Origin: SAR202 cluster bacterium
GTDB lineage: Bacteria; Chloroflexota; Dehalococcoidia; Lucifugimonadales; UBA6952
DNA length: 64,000 nucleotides
Reading direction: 5' to 3'
NCBI GenBank assembly: GCA_009392515.1
Contig: VFGE01000020.1
Span: 3,239 to 67,238 of the forward strand
The notes beneath the pieces were generated by a model, which was given only the letters and a program-made list of their open reading frames with translations, was not told the origin of the DNA and did no database searches. The translations under genes were made by a program, and so were the position numbers. Shown here piece by piece: positions 49,292 through 59,838 of this stretch; positions within the stretch are counted from its first letter, which is position 1; every line of letters begins with the position of its first letter.

Positions 49292-50125
49292 ATGAGTACA
49301 ATATATTTTGTTGGCACACCTATAGGTAATTTGAGTGACATTACCCTACGAGCAATCGAAGTTTTAACTAACGTAGACTTGATATTAGCAGAAGATACCA
49401 GAACAACTAAAAAATTATTGAATAAATATGAAATTAACACAAAGCTATTAAGCTATCATGAACATAATAAAACAAAACGTCTCTCTGAAATATTAGAAGC
49501 ATTGGATACTGGAGATATAGCTCTTGTTTCAGATGCCGGAACACCTAGTATACATGATCCTGGAACTCTCCTTGCAAACGAAATCTTAGAAACTGATCAT
49601 AGTATTGTGCCTATACCAGGTCCATCTTCAATAACAACTGCTCTTTCAGTTTCAGGATTGGATTCTGAACATTTTACATTTTGGGGTTTTTTACCTCATC
49701 AAAAAAGAAAACGAGAAAAAATAATTTCTATGATATCTTCCATTGAAAACACTTCAGTTTTTTTTGAAACCCCTCATAGATTAAAGTCTACTTTAGATTT
49801 ACTTCAACAATTATTAAATCCGCAGAGGAAAATTGTTGTCTGTAGAGAACTCACAAAAATATATGAGGAAATTGTAAAAACTACAATTTCAGAAGTAAAA
49901 TCAAAATTCCTAAATCCAAAAGGGGAATTTACAATCGTAATTGAAGGAAAATCCGATTTTTCAGAAAATAAATTATCAGAGGAAAAAATATTTAGTGAAA
50001 TTTATGAAGATCTTAAAATACTAAAAAAAGCTGGGTCGGGTCCCAAAGAAGGTATTCAGTGGATTATGAAGCATTATCCCCATATTAGTAAAAAAGAAAT
50101 TTATGATATTTGGATTACAATTTGA
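49292..50125 (+). CDS. rsmI: 16S rRNA (cytidine1402-2'-O)-methyltransferase
   Basis: N-terminal IYFVGTPIGNLSDITLRAIEVL..AEDTR, SDAGTP and the tetrapyrrole-methylase fold pattern of RsmI. Confidence 0.88.
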   Translation: MSTIYFVGTPIGNLSDITLRAIEVLTNVDLILAEDTRTTKKLLNKYEINTKLLSYHEHNKTKRLSEILEALDTGDIALVSDAGTPSIHDPGTLLANEILETDHSIVPIPGPSSITTALSVSGLDSEHFTFWGFLPHQKRKREKIISMISSIENTSVFFETPHRLKSTLDLLQQLLNPQRKIVVCRELTKIYEEIVKTTISEVKSKFLNPKGEFTIVIEGKSDFSENKLSEEKIFSEIYEDLKILKKAGSGPKEGIQWIMKHYPHISKKEIYDIWITI

Positions 50126-50207
50126 TAATTACAAAAAAATATTTGATTTGTATCAAAAAATTAGTTTAAAATAGTTATCTAATCCACAAGCATTAAAGAG
50201 GATACAT

Positions 50208-51863
50208 TTGTCAGAAAATATCTTGGTCGCAACTGCCTGGCCATATACAAATAATTATCTCCATTTAGGCCATATAGCAGGTTGTTATTTGCCTGCAGAT
50301 ATTTTCGCTCGTTATCAAAGGGCTCGCGGAAACAAAGTGATAATGGTGTCTGGAAGTGACCAACATGGTACTCCAGTAACAATTGCAGCTGAATCAGAAG
50401 GTGTTCAACCAATAGATATTGTTAATAAGTATAGAAAAAACCATTTGGAAGTTTGGGAAAGGCTTGGGATATCCTATGACCTATTCACTACTACTGGAAC
50501 TGATAACCACATTGCTACGGTTCAGGACATATTTACAAAACTATATAATAAAGGATTAATTTACAAGAAAAATATGACTTTATTATATTCTGAGATTGAT
50601 AATAGATTTCTCGCTGACCGGTATGTAGAAGGAACTTGCCCAGATTGTAATTTTGAAAGAGCTCGGGGAGATCAATGTGATCAATGTGGGAAACCAATGG
50701 ACGCCCTTGAACTAATCAATCCTATTAGTAAATTAAGTGGTGATACTCCAATACCTAAAGAATCTGAACATTTCTTCTTAAAATTGAGCGCTCTAGAACA
50801 ACCTTTGTTAGATTGGATAAAAAAGAACGATTATTGGAAACCAAATGTGAAAAATTTCAGTTTAAAATATCTCACAGAAGGATTAAAAGATAGAGCAATA
50901 ACACGTGATATTGAATGGGGTATACCAATTCCATTAGAAGGATATGAAACTAAAAGGATTTATGTATGGTTTGAAGCTGTAATTGGATATCTATCTGCCT
51001 CAAAAGAGTGGGCACAAATTCAAAACAAACCTGATGAATGGCAAAAGTTTTGGTTTGATAAAAATGCACGAAGTTATTACTTTTTAGGAAAAGATAATAT
51101 ACCATTTCATACTATAATTTGGCCTGGAATATTACTTGGATATGAAAACCATAACTTACCGTATGATGTACCTGCTAATGAATATATGAATCTCTCTGGA
51201 GGTAAATTTTCAAAAAGTGAAAATCGAGCGGTATGGACACATGAATTTTTAGAAAAATTCTCTGCTGATGCCCTACGATATTACATCGTTTCTAATATGC
51301 CTGAAAATAGTGATTCTGATTTTACATGGGAAGAGTTTTTGAGAAGAAACAATGATGAGTTGGTAGCTACTTTAGGAAATCTAATCCACAGAATACTTAC
51401 CTTCACTTTTAGAAATTTTGACAGTAAAATTCCTGAACCAAAAAAAATAGAAACTAGTGATGAAAAATTGATGTCAGAGATTTTTATCACTAAAGAAAAA
51501 GTTGAATCCAATTTGGATATTTGCAAATTTAGAGAATCGATGAGAAATATAATGAATCTTGCTCAAAATACCAATAGATATTTAGATTCAGAAGCTCCAT
51601 GGCATTCTATTAAAACAGATAAAGAACGAGCTGGAACAACCATGTGGGTTTCATTATATGCAATTAGTGCTATAAAAACATTTCTATACCCATTTATGCC
51701 AAATGCATCTCTTCAATTAGGAAGCTATCTAGGAATCAGTACTGATGTAAATCAACCTACTTGGGAAGTCGAAAAACCTAAATCAGGGACTACTCTCGAA
51801 ACACCTTTTCCTTTATTTAAAAAACTCGAAATTGATATAGAAAACCCATTAGCAGATGAATAA
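50208..51863 (+). CDS. metG: Methionyl-tRNA synthetase
   Basis: HLGH (YLHLGHIAG), a Zn knuckle CPDCNFERARGDQCDQCG, and KFSKS (a KMSKS variant). The TTG start lies 6 nt after AAAGAGGA. Confidence 0.92.
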   Translation: MSENILVATAWPYTNNYLHLGHIAGCYLPADIFARYQRARGNKVIMVSGSDQHGTPVTIAAESEGVQPIDIVNKYRKNHLEVWERLGISYDLFTTTGTDNHIATVQDIFTKLYNKGLIYKKNMTLLYSEIDNRFLADRYVEGTCPDCNFERARGDQCDQCGKPMDALELINPISKLSGDTPIPKESEHFFLKLSALEQPLLDWIKKNDYWKPNVKNFSLKYLTEGLKDRAITRDIEWGIPIPLEGYETKRIYVWFEAVIGYLSASKEWAQIQNKPDEWQKFWFDKNARSYYFLGKDNIPFHTIIWPGILLGYENHNLPYDVPANEYMNLSGGKFSKSENRAVWTHEFLEKFSADALRYYIVSNMPENSDSDFTWEEFLRRNNDELVATLGNLIHRILTFTFRNFDSKIPEPKKIETSDEKLMSEIFITKEKVESNLDICKFRESMRNIMNLAQNTNRYLDSEAPWHSIKTDKERAGTTMWVSLYAISAIKTFLYPFMPNASLQLGSYLGISTDVNQPTWEVEKPKSGTTLETPFPLFKKLEIDIENPLADE

Positions 51864-52839
51864 TATAGAAAAAATCGATCTTATAAATATTTATAAACCA
51901 ATACAAAAATCGTTAAATACCGTAGATGAAAATCTGCTTAACTTACCAGTAAACCAACACCCTACTCTTGCAAAGCCTTTACAACATATTTCAAATTCAA
52001 GTGGCAAGAGAATGAGGGCTGCAATTACATTACTTACGGCTCAAACAGAGAAACCGGTAACAATTGAATCTATATCTATGGCTGTAGCTATAGAATTATT
52101 TCACCTAGCTTCTTTAATTCATGACGATGCAATTGATAAATCAGCTGTACGAAGAGGAGAAGAAACAATAAGTAATCTTTATGGTACAGATATGGCAATA
52201 TTAATAGGTGACCTGGTATTCGCAAATTCTGCCTCGACTGTCTGTGATACAGGGAATATCCTCGCTATACAAAGATTTTCTGAAACAACTATGGAAGTTT
52301 CTACAGGGCAAATTTTAGAAACTTCACAAAAGTTTAATACTCAACAAAATATTGAAGGATACTTAGAAAGAATATATAAAAAGACCGCTTCAGTTTTTGA
52401 AACTTCAGCTGAAACAGGTGGAATAATTTCTGGCGCATCAGAAGAAAAAACTGCTCTGTTAAAATCGTATGGGTATAATTTGGGAATGGCGTTTCAAATC
52501 ATCGATGATATTTTAGACTTTGAAGGTGACCCAAATGAATTTGGTAAACCTGTAGGTCAAGATTTAGAACAAGGGTTACTTACGTTACCATCACTACTTT
52601 ATTTAGAAAAATTCCCTGATGAAACAAGTATTCCTGCATTATTTTCAGACGGTGATTCTCAAAAATATAAATTCCAAGTGGTTGAAAAGATTATGAATTC
52701 TGAAATTATCGAAGAATGTTATATCAAAGCTCAAAATTACTGTAATACTAGTAAAGAGATGTTAGAAAAGTTGCCAAATTCTGAGGAAAAAGCATCGCTT
52801 AGTTTATTACTTGATTATGTAATCGAAAGAAGACAATAA
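51856..52839 (+). CDS. Polyprenyl diphosphate synthase (trans-IPPS, hepta/octaprenyl type)
   Basis: First Asp-rich motif LIHDDAIDKS and second motif QIIDDILDF. The start overlaps the metG stop. Confidence 0.85.
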   Translation: MNNIEKIDLINIYKPIQKSLNTVDENLLNLPVNQHPTLAKPLQHISNSSGKRMRAAITLLTAQTEKPVTIESISMAVAIELFHLASLIHDDAIDKSAVRRGEETISNLYGTDMAILIGDLVFANSASTVCDTGNILAIQRFSETTMEVSTGQILETSQKFNTQQNIEGYLERIYKKTASVFETSAETGGIISGASEEKTALLKSYGYNLGMAFQIIDDILDFEGDPNEFGKPVGQDLEQGLLTLPSLLYLEKFPDETSIPALFSDGDSQKYKFQVVEKIMNSEIIEECYIKAQNYCNTSKEMLEKLPNSEEKASLSLLLDYVIERRQ

Positions 52840-52843
52840 TAGC

Positions 52844-54373
52844 CTAACTAAGTATTCTAAAGCCATCTTTAATAACTACATCGACTGCTAATTTATGAAC
52901 ATTTGTGTGATCAATATTTTGTAAATTCTGGTTTAATATAACAATATTTGCTTTATCTCCTACAGAAGGTTTTTTGGATATGATATCGTTAGCACTAACT
53001 TGATTTACTCCTTGACTGATCAACCACATCGATTCCGTAATGCTAATCGCCTGATTACCGTTGTATATGTTACCTAATTGATCTTTTCTATTAACCATAG
53101 ATTGGATATTTATCAGAGGATCCAAATTTCCATAGGGAGCATCAGAACCTATAGCTAAATTAAATCCACTATCTAATAAGGTTCGATAGTTGAAAGTATA
53201 AGGTTGAAGCATTTTAGGTATTCTTTGAGAATACCTAAACCCGTTTTGATAAATAAATGAAGGATTAACTACTAAGTTAACACCCAGTTTTTTTGCTTTT
53301 GTGATAATCTCTGGAGTTGCTTCAGTAAAATGTTCTATTCTATCTTTATTTGGGTGATTGCTATTTGAATAAACTATTTCTAAAGCATCCAATGTATTGT
53401 TAATTTCGTCTTGGGTAACTGCATGAATAGCTACAGGAAATCCATATTTGTGTGATTCGCTAATTTGATTTGAAAGTTGATTTAAGTTTGGATATATACT
53501 CCCAGAAATGGAACTAACAATTATCTTTGTATGTCCTAACATCATATCTTTTTCCTTATAACCAAAATATAAACCTCTATTAATAAATTCATCTAAATGA
53601 TCGATACCAGGTAATAAAGTAATAGAAGGAGAAAATTGCAGACTGCTACTATGTTCGAGACAAATATTCCATTTTTCTAGATCATTATTTATAGAAGCAT
53701 CATGAATATAAAATATTCCCATATGGATAAGTTGTTCTAAGGTATTTGAAATATTAATTTCTGTCCGTTTTGCTTGATTCTTCTCTCTCAACAAAAATGA
53801 AATTTGTTCATTCATATCAAAAAACCATCCTGTAAGATTCCCATTATCGTCGCGGTCAATTAATCCCCTTTTATAATCTTCTGAAGAAGTACTAATACTT
53901 AATCTTTTCATTGCCAAACTATTCATAAAACACGCATGCCCAGATCTGTGATTAATTTTTATTGGATTATTTTTGAAAATATTATCTAAGATATCTAATG
54001 ATAATTGGTTATCTAAATCCATCTCATCAAAACCATCACATAATATCCAAGTACCTTCAGGAGAATTTTCTATACTATTTGAAATGACCTTTAGAATTTG
54101 ATTAATGTTTTTTACTTTTGGATATGAAACATCTAATTGATTTAAACTTGAAGAATACGAAAATAAATGTAAATGAGCATCAGCAAAACCAGTAAGAAGT
54201 GTTTTACCTTCACAATCTACAATCTGTGTATTTTGTGCATTAATCACGTCAATATTATCGAAGTCTACAGAATGTATTATTCCATTTTTAATATGAATAT
54301 TTGTTTGTGAAAGATCAAATCTATTTTTTAAAATAGTTGCATTAAATAAAAATAAATCGTCCATTTTCTCCAA
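52844..54373 (-). CDS. Amidohydrolase family protein (YtcJ-like, amidohydrolase 3)
   Basis: FADAHLHL metal motif, a later IHAV motif and GSDAP. 509 aa. Confidence 0.75.
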   Translation of the reverse strand: MEKMDDLFLFNATILKNRFDLSQTNIHIKNGIIHSVDFDNIDVINAQNTQIVDCEGKTLLTGFADAHLHLFSYSSSLNQLDVSYPKVKNINQILKVISNSIENSPEGTWILCDGFDEMDLDNQLSLDILDNIFKNNPIKINHRSGHACFMNSLAMKRLSISTSSEDYKRGLIDRDDNGNLTGWFFDMNEQISFLLREKNQAKRTEINISNTLEQLIHMGIFYIHDASINNDLEKWNICLEHSSSLQFSPSITLLPGIDHLDEFINRGLYFGYKEKDMMLGHTKIIVSSISGSIYPNLNQLSNQISESHKYGFPVAIHAVTQDEINNTLDALEIVYSNSNHPNKDRIEHFTEATPEIITKAKKLGVNLVVNPSFIYQNGFRYSQRIPKMLQPYTFNYRTLLDSGFNLAIGSDAPYGNLDPLINIQSMVNRKDQLGNIYNGNQAISITESMWLISQGVNQVSANDIISKKPSVGDKANIVILNQNLQNIDHTNVHKLAVDVVIKDGFRILS

Positions 54374-54493
54374 TAAACCTAAAAGAAGTAAAAATTATGC
54401 TTTATTTAAACTAGGTATTTAAATACGGTATGGATATAGTTTACATAATAAAACAAAGGTTGGAAAATTTATCAAAATAGATAGGAGTTTAAT

Positions 54494-55255
54494 ATGTATA
54501 CAATAAAAGTATTGACTCATGGAATGAATGTTGGATCTAATCAAGCACGATTAGGGCTATCCTCAGTGATACTACTTCAAGGAGAACAAAATATATTGGT
54601 AGATGTAGGTCACTTTGGTAGAAGAATATTACTTGTCGAGTCATTAGAAAAAGAAGGATTAAAACCAGAAGATATTTCCAGTATAATACTAACTCATTCT
54701 CACTGGGATCATTGCCAGAATGTTGATTTATTTCCTAACGCAAAACTTTATGTCCATCAAAAAGAAATTGAATATGCCAATAACCCAAGAAATAATGATT
54801 GGGCAACACCAAAGTATTTTAATAAAACAATTGAAAATCATAATGTATCAATTATTACACAAGAAACTGAAATAGAGCCAGGAATACAAATAATTGAAAC
54901 ACCTGGTCATACCCGTGGCCATATTAGTGTAGTTGTATCTACAAATGATGGAAATACTGTTATAGCTGGAGATTCATTAACTGATGCCTTTTCGTTACAA
55001 AGAGGCACTCCTGGGTTAATATTTTGGAGTAAAAAAGAAGCGAGTGAAAGCGTTGAAAAAATACGAAAAATTGCATCTGTAGTATATCCTGGACATGACA
55101 GACCTTTCGCTATAAAACCAAATGGTGAAATAGAATATAAAGAAGGACCAACATCAGTTACTTTTACTGGTGGATTTGAAAATTCAGAAAGTGGTTTTAG
55201 TGCCACATTAAATCTTGAAAAAACTCGTGTACCGTGGGTACATGAAGAGGCATAA
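54494..55255 (+). CDS. MBL-fold metallo-hydrolase
   Basis: HSHWDH motif, TPGHTRGH and a distal GHD. Confidence 0.8.
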   Translation: MYTIKVLTHGMNVGSNQARLGLSSVILLQGEQNILVDVGHFGRRILLVESLEKEGLKPEDISSIILTHSHWDHCQNVDLFPNAKLYVHQKEIEYANNPRNNDWATPKYFNKTIENHNVSIITQETEIEPGIQIIETPGHTRGHISVVVSTNDGNTVIAGDSLTDAFSLQRGTPGLIFWSKKEASESVEKIRKIASVVYPGHDRPFAIKPNGEIEYKEGPTSVTFTGGFENSESGFSATLNLEKTRVPWVHEEA

Positions 55256-55277
55256 CTATATTCGAAGGAGGTTTACA

Positions 55278-56015
55278 GTGTTAGAAGATATCAAAGGCAA
55301 AGTTGCATGGATTACTGGTGCAGGAAGTGGAATTGGAGAATCTGCAGCAATAAAATTAGTCGAAGCTGGTTGTAAAGTTGCTCTTTCAGGCAGACGTATT
55401 TCTGTACTTGAAGAAGTAGCTTCAAAGATTAACTCAAATAACGTATCAATTCATCAATTAGATGTATCTGATAATGAATCAGTTGTGCAGACTGCAAATG
55501 AAATAATTAAACAATACGGTCAAATTGATATTGGAGTATTTAGTGCCGGTATCAATGTTACAAAAAGGAATTGGCCTAATGTATCGATTGAAGATTGGAA
55601 TAGTGTTATAAATATTGACCTAAATGGTGCATTTTATTGTTGCCAATCAATTTTACCAACAATGAGAAAACAAGGGAGTGGTTTAATAATTAATATTTCA
55701 TCTATGGCAGGCAAACGAGCAGGTGCCTTAACTGGACCTGCTTATGTTTCAGCTAAACATGCCTTAAATGCAATGACAGAAAGTTTGATAATTGAAGAAA
55801 GAAATAATGGGATTAGAGCAACAGCTATTTGTCCAGGAGAAGTGGCCACCCCTATTCTAGATAAAAGACCAATTCCTGTTAGTGACGAAGATAGAGCAAG
55901 AATACTTCAATCTGACGACCTTGGTGAATTAATTTTATATGTTGCAAAACAACCACCGCATGTCACTCTTAATGAAATTTTGATCAATCCAACCTATAAT
56001 AGGTTTGAAAATTAG
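55278..56015 (+). CDS. Short-chain dehydrogenase/reductase
   Basis: The GTG at 55278 lies 6 nt after AAGGAGG and gives VLEDIKGKVAWITGAGSGIGES. The catalytic motif is YVSAKHAL. The ORF-track start at 55215 would overlap the MBL gene. Confidence 0.82.
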   Translation: MLEDIKGKVAWITGAGSGIGESAAIKLVEAGCKVALSGRRISVLEEVASKINSNNVSIHQLDVSDNESVVQTANEIIKQYGQIDIGVFSAGINVTKRNWPNVSIEDWNSVINIDLNGAFYCCQSILPTMRKQGSGLIINISSMAGKRAGALTGPAYVSAKHALNAMTESLIIEERNNGIRATAICPGEVATPILDKRPIPVSDEDRARILQSDDLGELILYVAKQPPHVTLNEILINPTYNRFEN

Positions 56016-56944
56016 CTTTTTATAGATATAGGCTCAGATAGTTTTGTATGTTGTTCATCCGCATGATACGAACTTCTAACCAATGGTCCTGACTCTACAT
56101 GGCCTAAACCTAAACTTTGCCCAATCTCTTTTATTTCTATAAATTCTTCTGGGGTATAGAATTTTTTTAGTGGAGCATACATTTCCCCAGGTCGTAAATA
56201 CTGACCGACTGTTAATATATCGCAACCAACATCAACAAGATCTTGCATAGTTGACTTAATTTGAGAAAGATTTTCGCCCAAGCCAACCATCATACCAGAT
56301 TTTGTTATCATGTTTGGATCAATTTCTTTTACCCTCTTCAATAATTCAATTGAGTAGTCATAATCACCCTTCGGACGAACTGTTTTGAATACGTCTCTAA
56401 CAGTTTCGATATTATGATTTAAAACTTCTGGTTTTATCTCAATTATTTTTTCTAAAGCATCAAATGAAAAGTCAGGGATTAATAATTCAACTTTACAATT
56501 AGGACGCAATTTTCTTATTTCTGTTACACATTCAACAAAAACAGATGCACCACCATCTGGTAAATCATCTCTGTTAACAGAGGTAATAACACAATAATTC
56601 AAACCTAGGGTATCTACAGATTTTGCAAGTTTGAATGGCTCCATGACATCTAATGCTGTAGGTCTTCCAGTTTTTACTGCACAATATCTACAGGCTCTAG
56701 TACAAATATCTCCTAAGATCATAAAAGTTGCAGTTTTTCTTTCCCAACAATCACCAATATTGGGGCATCTAGCTTCCTGACAAACAGTATGCAAGTCGTT
56801 TTCTTTAAGTAAATTCTGTAAATGTATATAATTTTCGCCACCAGGAGCTTTAACTTTAAACCATTCTGGTAAACGGGGGCGAGTTTTAAGTTCAACCCTT
56901 GTTGTCTTGCCTGCTATTCGATTATTATTATTTCGACGTTCCAT
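56012..56944 (-). CDS. lipA: Lipoyl synthase
   Basis: Auxiliary cluster CQEARCPNIGDCW, radical-SAM motif CTRACRYCAV, and C-terminal RSSY. Confidence 0.93.
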   Translation of the reverse strand: MERRNNNNRIAGKTTRVELKTRPRLPEWFKVKAPGGENYIHLQNLLKENDLHTVCQEARCPNIGDCWERKTATFMILGDICTRACRYCAVKTGRPTALDVMEPFKLAKSVDTLGLNYCVITSVNRDDLPDGGASVFVECVTEIRKLRPNCKVELLIPDFSFDALEKIIEIKPEVLNHNIETVRDVFKTVRPKGDYDYSIELLKRVKEIDPNMITKSGMMVGLGENLSQIKSTMQDLVDVGCDILTVGQYLRPGEMYAPLKKFYTPEEFIEIKEIGQSLGLGHVESGPLVRSSYHADEQHTKLSEPISIKS

Positions 56945-57003
56945 ATGTTACACCTTATAAATATTATAACTGAGCTGCAGATAATTTAAAACAATAAATA
57001 CTT

Positions 57004-58848
57004 ATGCGTAAAAAATATAAAATTCAACGAATACAAGATGATGAAGAAAAACTACAATTAACAATTACTTCAACTAGTAAGTATGGAGAAGGAGTATTTC
57101 TTGAAAATGATTTACCTTTATTTATTGAAGGTGCTATTGAAGGTGAAGAAGTAATCGTACAAAAAACGACCAGAGCCCAAAATTATGAAACTGGTAAGGT
57201 TATAGATGTAATAAAGCCCTCACCTAAAAGAGTGAAACCTTTTTGTAAATATTATGGGTCTTGTACAGGATGCCAATTACAGCATATACAATATGAAGAA
57301 CAACTTGTTATGAAAAAAACAAGGGTCAAAGAAGCATTAAACAAAATCAGTAAATTATCCAATGTAGAGATCAAAAACACCCTACCTGCTCCTGAAATTA
57401 CTCATTATAGAAATCATGCACGTTTTACTGTCAGATATGGAGGTAAATTAGGATTTGTTAATAAAAACACTCGTGAATTCATTCAAATTGATGAATGTAA
57501 GATAATGAACAAAGGAATAAATGAAAAAATCAATCAATTACAGGATAAATGTGAAGAAACTTCACAACTGTCTATAAGGCACTCTAATATAACTAGCTCT
57601 TTTCTTATACAACCTACCTTAAAATCCAATCAGATCACTGTAGAAACAGGACAATCACACTATCTTGAAACAGTCGATCAAATACCTTTTAAAGTTGCAT
57701 CACCTTCTTTTTTCCAAGTTAATACTGCACAGATTCCAACTATGGGAAAAATAATAAAAAACCATTTAGACCTTAAAGGTAATGAAATAATCATTGACGC
57801 ATACGCTGGTGTTGGTACTTTTGCCGGATTATTGAGCCCGTATGTTAAAAAAATATTTGCAATTGAAGAATCTCCTTCAGCGATTCAAGACGGGAAAGAC
57901 AGCTTGATTAAACAGACAAATATAGAGTTCCTACAAGGTAAAACTGAATTAGTTTTAGATAATATTACTGAAAATATTGATGCTATAATCGTTGATCCTC
58001 CCAGAAAAGGTTGTGATGTCCAGTCTATAAAATCTATATTAACAATGGAACCTAAGAATATAATTTATATTTCATGTGACCCAGACACATTAGCTAGGGA
58101 TCTACAATTACTCTTAAATGGAATGTATAAAATTGATCTTATTCAACCATTAGATATGTTTCCTCATACTCATCATGTAGAAACTATAGTGATTCTCACA
58201 AAGCAAATATATTCAGATATAATTTTGGCCTCATCTTCACCAAGAAGAAAAAAAATACTCGAACTTGCGAACATCAAGTTTAACATCAAAGAACCAATAA
58301 AGCCTGAATATTCATCGCTAACTAATCCAGAAAAATATGTCGAAGATATATCCATGTCTAAAGCAAAAGAAATAGCAGCAGCTCATAATTCTGGGATAAT
58401 TATTGGATCAGATACTATTGTTTATTCAGATAATGAAATTCTCGAAAAGCCAAAAACAATTGAACATATGAGATCCATGTTAAAATCCTTATCTGCAAAT
58501 AATCATAAAGTTACCACAGGGATAAGCATTATTGATTTGGACAACAACACCAAAATATCAAAATCATTATCAACTACTGTTACTATGAAAACAATTACAA
58601 ATGAATTACTTGAAAAATATATAGAGTCTGGTCGGGGTTTTGATAAAGCAGGTGCATATTCTATACAAGATACAGAATATAATTTTGTCGAAACTATACA
58701 CGGCTGTTATTTAAATGTAGTTGGACTACCACTATGCCTATTAGATGAATTATTTGTACAATTAGGATATAGTCTATATTTATCAAATAGAGATAATACA
58801 CATGAGTTATGCAACTCAAGTAAATACCAAAGGATTGGAAATATATGA
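57004..58848 (+). CDS. Fusion: RumA/RlmD-type RNA (uracil-5)-methyltransferase (TRAM, 4Fe-4S and MTase domains) plus a C-terminal Maf nucleoside-triphosphate pyrophosphatase domain
   Basis: N-terminal part: CKYYGSCTGCQLQH plus a downstream DECKI Cys, DAYAGVGTF, DPPRKG and ISCDPDTLARD. From about 58215 onward: IILASSSPRRKKILE...GSDTIV...KAGAYSIQD...VVGLPL, a Maf signature. It is one uninterrupted 614-aa frame. Confidence 0.85.
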   Translation: MRKKYKIQRIQDDEEKLQLTITSTSKYGEGVFLENDLPLFIEGAIEGEEVIVQKTTRAQNYETGKVIDVIKPSPKRVKPFCKYYGSCTGCQLQHIQYEEQLVMKKTRVKEALNKISKLSNVEIKNTLPAPEITHYRNHARFTVRYGGKLGFVNKNTREFIQIDECKIMNKGINEKINQLQDKCEETSQLSIRHSNITSSFLIQPTLKSNQITVETGQSHYLETVDQIPFKVASPSFFQVNTAQIPTMGKIIKNHLDLKGNEIIIDAYAGVGTFAGLLSPYVKKIFAIEESPSAIQDGKDSLIKQTNIEFLQGKTELVLDNITENIDAIIVDPPRKGCDVQSIKSILTMEPKNIIYISCDPDTLARDLQLLLNGMYKIDLIQPLDMFPHTHHVETIVILTKQIYSDIILASSSPRRKKILELANIKFNIKEPIKPEYSSLTNPEKYVEDISMSKAKEIAAAHNSGIIIGSDTIVYSDNEILEKPKTIEHMRSMLKSLSANNHKVTTGISIIDLDNNTKISKSLSTTVTMKTITNELLEKYIESGRGFDKAGAYSIQDTEYNFVETIHGCYLNVVGLPLCLLDELFVQLGYSLYLSNRDNTHELCNSSKYQRIGNI

Positions 58849-59060
58849 ATATTATAGGAATTGGATTTACTGAGTTAATCTTCATACTTTTAATTGCACT
58901 CGTTTTTTTAGGACCTGGCAAAATGGTTGAAATTGCACAAAAAATTGGTGGCATGCTTAGACAGTTTCAAAATACTGCAAATGAATTGCCTAAAATGCTT
59001 GCATTAGAAGATCTTGAAGAATCAGATAAGAATGAAAAATCAAAAAATAACCCAGAATAA
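58845..59060 (+). CDS. tatB: Twin-arginine translocase TatA/B-family protein (TatB-like: LGPGK)
   Basis: MNIIGIGFTELIFILLIALVFLGPGKMVEIAQKIGGMLRQF. The ATG overlaps the upstream stop (ATGA), and it lies directly upstream of tatC. Confidence 0.75.
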   Translation: MNIIGIGFTELIFILLIALVFLGPGKMVEIAQKIGGMLRQFQNTANELPKMLALEDLEESDKNEKSKNNPE

Positions 59061-59062
59061 CT

Positions 59063-59833
59063 ATGGAAAATAATCAGGAAGAAATTGCCTTAAAAAGCCA
59101 CTTAACTGAATTGCGAAATCGTTTCATAGTTTCAGCAATTTCCATATTTGGTGCTACAATTGTGATGTTTTTTTTCCATCGTGACATTCTGACCATATTA
59201 TCTGAACCAATTCGTACATTAGAAAGAGTCAATCAAGATGGAACTACCCTACAAAGCATAGAATTGGTATATACCAATGCAACAGAAATGTTAGGAATTT
59301 CTATGAAAATATCTTTTACTGCAGGATTAATAGTTGCCATGCCTGTAATTATTTATAATGCAGTAATGTTTATTTCTCCAGGTTTGACTCGGCAAGAGAA
59401 AAAATATTTATTTATTTCCCTACCTCTTATAACAATAACTTTTATTGCAGGAATATTATTCGGATATTATGTACTACTACCTCCAGCAATACACTTTTTA
59501 CTAACTTTTAATTCAGATATAGCAAGCCCGATGATCCGTATAGGCCAATACATTAATTTAATGGTCAACTTGCTTTTCTGGTTAGGATTTATCTTTCAAA
59601 CACCTTTTATAATGTGTCTACTAACAAAAATAAATGTTGCTAATTCTCGTATTTTTGCAAGAGGAAGAAAATATGCTATTGTTCTTGCTTTTATTCTTGC
59701 TGCAGCTATAACACCTACATTTGACCCTATCAATCAAATCCTTGTTGCTATACCTATTATAGTTCTATATGAGTTAGGGATTTTTCTGTCATGGGTTATA
59801 TCCCCGAGATCTAACGAAATTAAAACTGTTTAA
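59063..59833 (+). CDS. tatC: Twin-arginine translocase subunit TatC
   Basis: 256 aa with 6 TM helices, HLTELRNR at the N-terminus, and TatC spacing of conserved P/F/E residues. Confidence 0.88.
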   Translation: MENNQEEIALKSHLTELRNRFIVSAISIFGATIVMFFFHRDILTILSEPIRTLERVNQDGTTLQSIELVYTNATEMLGISMKISFTAGLIVAMPVIIYNAVMFISPGLTRQEKKYLFISLPLITITFIAGILFGYYVLLPPAIHFLLTFNSDIASPMIRIGQYINLMVNLLFWLGFIFQTPFIMCLLTKINVANSRIFARGRKYAIVLAFILAAAITPTFDPINQILVAIPIIVLYELGIFLSWVISPRSNEIKTV

Positions 59834-59838
59834 TAGAA

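Noticed and set aside
50143-50156. Perfect FNR-type palindrome TTGAT-ttgt-ATCAA between rsmI and metG.
   Set aside because: All-AT-rich half-sites give about 0.3 such matches per 64 kb by chance at this composition. There is no physiological rationale upstream of metG. It may simply be a weak AT hairpin after rsmI.
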